A DNA stretch of 64,000 bases. It comes from Eledone cirrhosa. Lineage: Eukaryota. Of this stretch, positions 56,660 to 64,000 are shown one piece after another. Below the pieces are notes generated by a model. It saw only the letters and a list, made by a program, of their open reading frames with translations. It was not told the origin of the DNA and did not search any database. Position 1 is the first letter of the stretch, and each line of letters starts with the position of its first letter. The position numbers and the translations under genes were made by a program. The DNA is taken from contig OZ024744.1 of NCBI GenBank assembly GCA_964016885.1, forward strand, positions 120,094,001 through 120,158,000, read 5' to 3'.

Positions 56660-59600
56660 ATTCTAACCACATGTCTGTAGTATCAGAGCTGTGATCTCTC
56701 AATTCAGAGATTCTTTCCTGAGAAATTCTAACCACATGTCATAGTATCAGAGCTGTGATCTCTCAATTCAGATATTCTTTCCTGAGACATTCTAACCACA
56801 TGTCATAGTATCAGAGTTGTGATCTCTCAATTCAGAGACTCTTTCCTGAGATATTGTAAACGCATGTCATATTATCAGAGCTGTGATCTCTCAATTCAGA
56901 GATTCTATCCTGAGACATTCTAACCACATGGCATAGTATCAGAACTGTTCTCTCTAAATTTAGAGATTCTTTCATGAGATATTTTAACCACATGTCATAG
57001 TATCAGAGCTGTGATCTCCCAATTCAGACATTCTTTCCTGGGATATTCTAACCACATGTCATAGTATCAGAGCTGTGATCTCTCAATTCAGATATTCTTT
57101 CCTGAAACATTAAAGCCACATGTCATAGGATCAGAGTTGTGGTCTCTCAATTCAGAGATTCTTTCCTGAGATATTGTAAACACATGTCATATTATCAGAG
57201 CTGTGATCTCTCAATTCAGAGATTCTTTCCTGAGATATAGAATATATCACATGTCATATTATCAGAGCTGTGATCTCTCAATTCAGATATTCTTTCCGGA
57301 GACATTCTAACCACATGTCATATTATCAGAGTTGTGATCTCTCAATTCAGTGATTCTTTCCTGAGATATTCTAACCAAATGTCATAGTATCAGAGCTGTG
57401 ATATCTCAATTCAGAGATTCTTTCCTGAGACATTCTTACCACATGTCATAGTATCCGAGCTGTGATCTCTCAATTTAGAGATTTTTTCCTGAGACATTCG
57501 AACCACATGTCATAGTATCAGAACTGTGATTTCTCAATTCAGAGATTCTATCCTGAGACATTCTAAGCTCGTCATACTATCAGAGCTGTGATATCTCAAT
57601 TCAGAGATTCTTTCCTGAGATATTCTAACCACATGTCATAGTATTAGAGCTGTGATCTCTCAATTCGGAGATTCTTTCCTGAGACATTCTAACCACATGT
57701 CTGTAGTATCAGAGCTGTATGCTCTCAATTCAGAGATTCTTTCCTGAGACATTCTAACCACATGTCATAGTATTAGAGCTGTGATCTCTCAATTCAGAGA
57801 TTCTTTCCTGGGACATTCTAACCACATGACATAGTATCAGAGCTGTGATCTCTCAATTCAGAGATTCTTTCCTGAAATATTCTAACCACATGTCATAGTA
57901 TCAGATATGTGATCTCTCAATTCAGAGATTCTTTCCTGAGACATTCTAACCACATGGCATAGTATTAGAGCTGTGATCTCTCAATTCAGAGATTCTTTCC
58001 TGAGACATTCTTACCGCATGTAACAGTATCAGAACTGTGATCTCTCAATTCAGAGATTCTTTCCTGAGACATTCTAACCACATGTCATAGTATTTGAGCT
58101 GTGATCTCTCAATTCAGAGATTCTTTCCTGAGATATTCTAACCACATGTCATAGTATCAGATATGTGATCTCTCAATTCAGAGATTCTTTCCTGAGACAT
58201 TCTAACCATATGTCATAGTATTAGAGCTGTGATCTCTCAATTCAGAGATTCTTTCCTGAGACATTCTAACCACATGTCACAGTATCAGAGCTGTGATCTC
58301 TCAATTCAGAGATTCTTTCCTCAGACATTCTAACCACATCTCATAGTATCGGAGCTGTGATCTCTCAATTCAGAGATTCTTTCCTGAGACATTCTTACCT
58401 CATGTCATAGTATCAGAGCTGTGATCTCTCAATTTAGAGATTCTTTCCTGAGACATTCTAACCACATGTCATAGTATCAGAACTGTGATTTCTCAATTCA
58501 GAGATTCTATCCTGAGACATTCTAACCACATGTCATAGTATCAGAGCTGTTCTCTCTAAATTTAGAGATTCTTTCATGAGATATTTTAACCACATGTCAT
58601 AGTATCAGAGCTGTGATCTCTCAATTCAGAGATTCATTCCTGAGACATTCTAAGCTCGTCATAGTATCAGAGCTGTGATCTCTCATTTCAGAGATTCTTT
58701 CCTGAGACATTCTAACCACATGTCTGTAGTATCAGAGCTGTATGCTCTCAATTCAGAGATTCTTTCCTGAGACATTCTAACCACATGTCATAGTATCAGA
58801 GCTGTGATCTCTTAATTTAGAGATTCTTTCATGAGATATTCTAACCACATGTCATAGTATCAGAGCTGTGATCTCTCAATTCAGAGATTCTTTCCTGAGA
58901 CATTCTAACCACATGTCATATTATCAGAGCTGTGATCTCTCATTTCAGAGATTCTTTCCTGAGACATTCTAACCACATGTCATAGTATCAGAGCTTTGAT
59001 ATCTCAATTCAGAGATTCTTTCCTGAGACATTCTAACCACATGTCATAGTATAAAAGCTGTGATCTCTTAATTTAGAGATTCTTTCATGAGATATTCTAA
59101 CCACATGTCATAGTATCAGATCTGTGATCTCTCAATTCAGAGATTCTCTCCTGAGACATTCTAACCACATGTCATAGTATTAGAGCTGTGATCTCTCAAT
59201 TCAGATATTCTTTCCTGGGACATTCTAACCACATGTCATAGTATCAGAGCTGTGATCTCTCAATTCAGAGATTCTTTCCTGAGATATTCTAACCACATGT
59301 CATAGTATCAGATATGTGATCTCTCAATTCAGAGATTCTTTCCTGAGACATTCTAACCACATGTCATAGTATTGGAGCTGTGATCTCTCAATTCAGAGAT
59401 TCTTTCCTGAGACATTCTTACCGCATGTAACAGTATCAGAACAGTGATCTCTCAATTTAGAGATTCTTTCCTGAGACATTCTAACCACATGTCATAGTAT
59501 CAGAGCTGTGATCTCTCAATTCAGAGATTCTTTCCTGAGACATTCTAACCACGTCATAGTATCAGAGCTGTGATATCTCAATTCAGAGATTCTTTCCTGA

Positions 59601-62600
59601 GACATTCTAATCACATGTCATAGTATCAGAGCTGTGAACTCTGAATTTACATATTCTTTCCTGAGATATTCTAACCACATGTCACAGTATCAGAGCTGTG
59701 ATCTCTCAATTCAGAGATTCTTTCCTCAGACATTCTAACCACATCTCATAGTATCGGAGCTGTGATCTCTCAATTCAGAGATTCTTTCCTGAGATATTCT
59801 AACCACATGTCATAGTATCAGAGATGTCTTCTCTCAATTCAGAGATTCTTTCCTGAGACATTCTAACCACATGTCATAATATCAGAGCTGTGATCTCTTA
59901 ATTTAGAGATTCTTTCATGAGATATTCTAACCACATGTCATAGTATCAGAGCTGTGATCTCTCAATTCAGAGATTCTTTCCTGGGACATTCTAACCACAT
60001 GTCATAGTATCAGAGCTGTGATCTCTCAATTCAGAGATTCTTTCCTGAAATATTCTAACCACATGTCATAGTATCAGATATGTGATCTCTCAATTCAGAG
60101 ATTCTTTCCTGAGACATTCTAACCACATGGCATAGTATTAGAGCTGTGATCTCTCAATTCAGAGATTCTTTCCTGAGACATTCTTACCGCATGTAACAGT
60201 ATCAGAACTGTGATCTCTCAATTCAGAGATTCTTTCCTGATACATTCTAACCACATGTCATAGTATTTGAGCTGTGATCTCTCAATTCAGAGATTCTTTC
60301 CTGAGATATTCTAACCACATGTCATAGTATCAGATATGTGATCTCTCAATTCAGAGATTCTTTCCTGAGACATTCTAACCATATGTCATAGTATTAGAGC
60401 TGTGATCTCTCAATTCAGAGATTCTTTCCTGAGACATTCTAACCACATGTCACAGTATCAGAGCTGTGATCTCTCAATTCAGAGATTCTTTCCTCAGACA
60501 TTCTAACCACATCTCATAGTATCGGAGCTGTGATCTCTCAATTCAGAGATTCTTTCCTGAGACATTCTTACCTCATGTCATAGTATCAGAGCTGTGATCT
60601 CTCAATTTAGAGATTCTTTCCTGAGACATTCTAACCACATGTCATAGTATCAGAACTGTGATTTCTCAATTCAGAGATTCTATCCTGAGACATTCTAACC
60701 ACATGTCATAGTATCAGAGCTGTTCTCTCTAAATTTAGAGATTCTTTCATGAGATATTTTAACCACATGTCATAGTATCAGAGCTGTGATCTCTCAATTC
60801 AGAGATTCATTCCTGAGACATTCTAAGCTCGTCATAGTATCAGAGCTGTGATCTCTCATTTCTGAGATTCTTTCCTGAGACATTCTAACCACATGTCTGT
60901 AGTATCAGAGCTGTATGCTCTCAATTCAGAGATTCTTTCCTGAGACATTCTAACCACATGTCATAGTATCAGAGCTGTGATCTCTTAATTTAGAGATTCT
61001 TTCATGAGATATTCTAACCACATGTCATAGTATCAGAGCTGTGATCTCTCAATTCAGAGATTCTTTCCTGAGACATTCTAACCACATGTCATATTATCAG
61101 AGCTGTGATCTCTCATTTCAGAGATTCTTTCCTGAGACATTCTAACCACATGTCATAGTATCAGAGCTTTGATATCTCAATTCAGAGATTCTTTCCTGAG
61201 ACGTTCTAACCACATGTCATAGTATAAAAGCTGTGATCTCTTAATTTAGAGATTCTTTCATGAGATATTCTAACCACATGTCATAGTATCAGATCTGTGA
61301 TCTCTCAATTCAGAGATTCTCTCCTGAGACATTCTAACCACATGTCATAGTATTAGAGCTGTGATCTCTCAATTCAGATATTCTTTCCTGGGACATTCTA
61401 ACCACATGTCATAGTATCAGAGCTGTGATCTCTCAATTCAGAGATTCTTTCCTGAGATATTCTAACCACATGTCATAGTATCAGATATGTGATCTCTCAA
61501 TTCAGAGATTCTTTCCTGAGACATTCTAACCACATGTCATAGTATTAGAGCTGTGATCTCTCAATTCAGAGATTCTTTCCTGAGACATTCTTACCGCATG
61601 TAACAGTATCAGAACAGTGATCTCTCAATTTAGAGATTCTTTCCTGAGACATTCTAACCACATGTCTGTAGTATCAGAGCTGTGATCTCTCAATTCAGAG
61701 ATTCTTTCCTGAGAAATTCTAACCACATGTCATAGTATCAGAGCTGTGATCTCTCAATTCAGATATTCTTTCCTGAGACATTCTAACCACATGTCATAGT
61801 ATCAGAGTTGTGATCTCTCAATTCAGAGACTCTTTCCTGAGATATTGTAAACGCATGTCATATTATCAGAGCTGTGATCTCTCAATTCAGAGATTCTATC
61901 CTGAGACATTCTAACCACATGGCATAGTATCAGAACTGTTCTCTCTAAATTTAGAGATTCTTTCATGAGATATTTTAACCACATGTCATAGTATCAGAGC
62001 TGTGATCTCCCAATTCAGACATTCTTTCCTGGGATATTCTAACCACATGTCATAGTATCAGAGCTGTGATCTCTCAATTCAGATATTCTTTCCTGAAACA
62101 TTAAAGCCACATGTCATAGGATCAGAGTTGTGGTCTCTCAATTCAGAGATTCTTTCCTGAGATATTGTAAACACATGTCATATTATCAGAGCTGTGATCT
62201 CTCAATTCAGAGATTCTTTCCTGAGATATAGAATATATCACATGTCATATTATCAGAGCTGTGATCTCTCAATTCAGATATTCTTTCCGGAGACATTCTA
62301 ACCACATGTCATATTATCAGAGTTGTGATCTCTCAATTCAGTGATTCTTTCCTGAGATATTCTAACCAAATGTCATAGTATCAGAGCTGTGATATCTCAA
62401 TTCAGAGATTCTTTCCTGAGACATTCTTACCACATGTCATAGTATCCGAGCTGTGATCTCTCAATTTAGAGATTTTTTCCTGAGACATTCGAACCACATG
62501 TCATAGTATCAGAACTGTGATTTCTCAATTCAGAGATTCTATCCTGAGACATTCTAACCACATGTCATAGTATCAGAGCTGTTCTCTCTAAATTTAGAGA

Positions 62601-63900
62601 TTCTTTCATAAGATATTTTAACCACATGTCATAGTATCAGAGCTGTGATCTCTCAATTCAGAGATTCATTCCTGAGACATTCTAAGCTCGTCATACTATC
62701 AGAGCTGTGATATCTCAATTCAGAGATTCTTTCCTGAGATATTCTAACCACATCTCATAGTATTAGAGCTGTGATCTCTCAATTCGGAGATTCTTTCCTG
62801 AGACATTCTAACCACATGTCTGTAGTATCAGAGCTGTATGCTCTCAATTCAGAGATTCTTTCCTGAGACATTCTAACCACATGTCATAGTATTAGAGCTG
62901 TGATCTCTCAATTCAGAGATTCTTTCCTGGGACATTCTAACCACATGTCATAGTATCAGAGCTGTGATCTCTCAATTCAGAGATTCTTTCCTGAAATATT
63001 CTAACCACATGTCATAGTATCAGATATGTGATCTCTCAATTCAGAGATTCTTTCCTGAGACATTCTAACCACATGGCATAGTATTAGAGCTGTGATCTCT
63101 CAATTCAGAGATTCTTTCCTGAGACATTCTTACCGCATGTAACAGTATCAGAACTGTGATCTCTCAATTCAGAGATTCTTTCCTGAGACATTCTAACCAC
63201 ATGTCATAGTATTTGAGCTGTGATCTCTCAATTCAGAGATTCTTTCCTGAGATATTCTAACCACATGTCATAGTATCAGATATGTGATCTCTCAATTCAG
63301 AGATTCTTTCCTGAGACATTCTAACCATATGTCATAGTATTAGAGCTGTGATCTCTCAATTCAGAGATTCTTTCCTGAGACATTCTAACCACATGTCACA
63401 GTATCAGAGCTGTGATCTCTCAATTCAGAGATTCTTTCCTCAGACATTCTAACCACATCTCATAGTATCGGAGCTGTGATCTCTCAATTCAGAGATTCTT
63501 TCCTGAGACATTCTTACCTCATGTCATAGTATCAGTGCTGTGATCTCTCAATTTAGAGATTCTTTCCTGAGACATTCTAACCACATGTCATAGTATCAGA
63601 ACTGTGATTTCTCAATTCAGAGATTCTATCCTGAGACATTCTAACCACATGTCATAGTATCAGAGCTGTTCTCTCTAAATTTAGAGATTCTTTCATGAGA
63701 TATTTTAACCACATGTCATAGTATCAGAGCTGTGATCTCTCAATTCAGAGATTCATTCCTGAGACATTCTAAGCTCGTCATAGTATCAGAGCTGTGATCT
63801 CTCATTTCAGAGATTCTTTCCTGAGACATTCTAACCACATGTCTGTAGTATCAGAGCTGTATGCTCTCAATTCAGAGATTCTTTCCTGAGACATTCTAAC
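56660..63900 (+). repeat. Terminal domain: 78/80-monomer duplication containing a second, different 34-monomer (2173 bp) repeat
   Basis: AGAATATATC at 57239/62230 and TATCCGAG at ~57452/62443 (offset 4991). TTACCGCATG at 58011/60184 (2173) and 58011/63130 (5119). TTCTCTCC at 59144/61317 (2173). Confidence 0.85.
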
Positions 63901-64000
63901 CACATGTCATAGTATCGGAGCTGTGATCTCTCAATTCAGAGATTCTTTCCTGGGACATTCTAACCACATGTCATAATATCAGGGCTGTGATCTGTCAATT

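Larger units (their letters stand above)
1..64000 (+). repeat. Tandem satellite DNA array, 64-bp monomer, ~1000 head-to-tail copies in one orientation
   Basis: TCTAACC recurs at 1, 65, 129 and so on up to 63959. The consensus has 25/64 G+C and no CpG. Most monomers differ from it by 0-4 substitutions, with some 62-, 63-, 65- and 67-bp indel variants. No non-repeat sequence was seen. Confidence 0.99.

Noticed and set aside
1-64000. CRISPR-like array (about 64-bp period with a palindromic segment)
   Set aside because: There are no unique spacers: the entire 64-bp unit is repeated. No cas genes or leader are present.
1-64000. Giant repetitive protein gene, or tandem tRNA/snoRNA/miRNA cluster
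   Set aside because: The period is not a multiple of 3, and the ORF track shows only two 70-aa ORFs in six frames. I recognised no cloverleaf, pol III boxes or long hairpin.
1-64000. Rolling-circle or sequencing concatemer artefact
   Set aside because: Variants are inherited in ordered, nested blocks with hierarchical sharing, as expected of an evolved genomic array rather than random errors on one template. Individual near-identical duplications still need read validation.
1-64000. Alpha satellite with CENP-B boxes, or telomeric repeat (CTAACC resembles CCCTAA)
   Set aside because: The monomer length is wrong, the consensus lacks the CpGs required by the CENP-B box, and CTAACC occurs only once per monomer rather than in tandem.

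Overview
The whole 64 kb window is one uninterrupted, head-to-tail satellite DNA array of about 1000 copies of a 64-bp, ~61% AT, CpG-free monomer (consensus TCTAACCACATGTCATAGTATCAGAGCTGTGATCTCTCAATTCAGAGATTCTTTCCTGAGACAT). I saw no genes, RNA genes, transposon insertions, CRISPR spacers or monomer-scale inversions, and the two listed ORFs are chance read-throughs of variant monomers. The interest lies in the architecture, which I read by eye from diagnostic variants. There is a basic ~34-monomer (2177 bp) higher-order repeat (HOR) with an alternative module, and nested tandem duplications of 4, 6, 8, 19, 25, 53/62, 58, 78-80 and 92-93 monomers. There is also an ~11/17 kb superstructure, and the two ends of the window share variants not seen in the middle. 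Each monomer carries a near-perfect 18-bp dyad symmetry, and one recurrent variant looks like a template-switch micro-inversion. From recall, the array resembles the 64-bp human acrocentric-arm satellite WaluSat, but I could not check this. Block boundaries are approximate (about one or two monomers); offsets between markers were counted directly.
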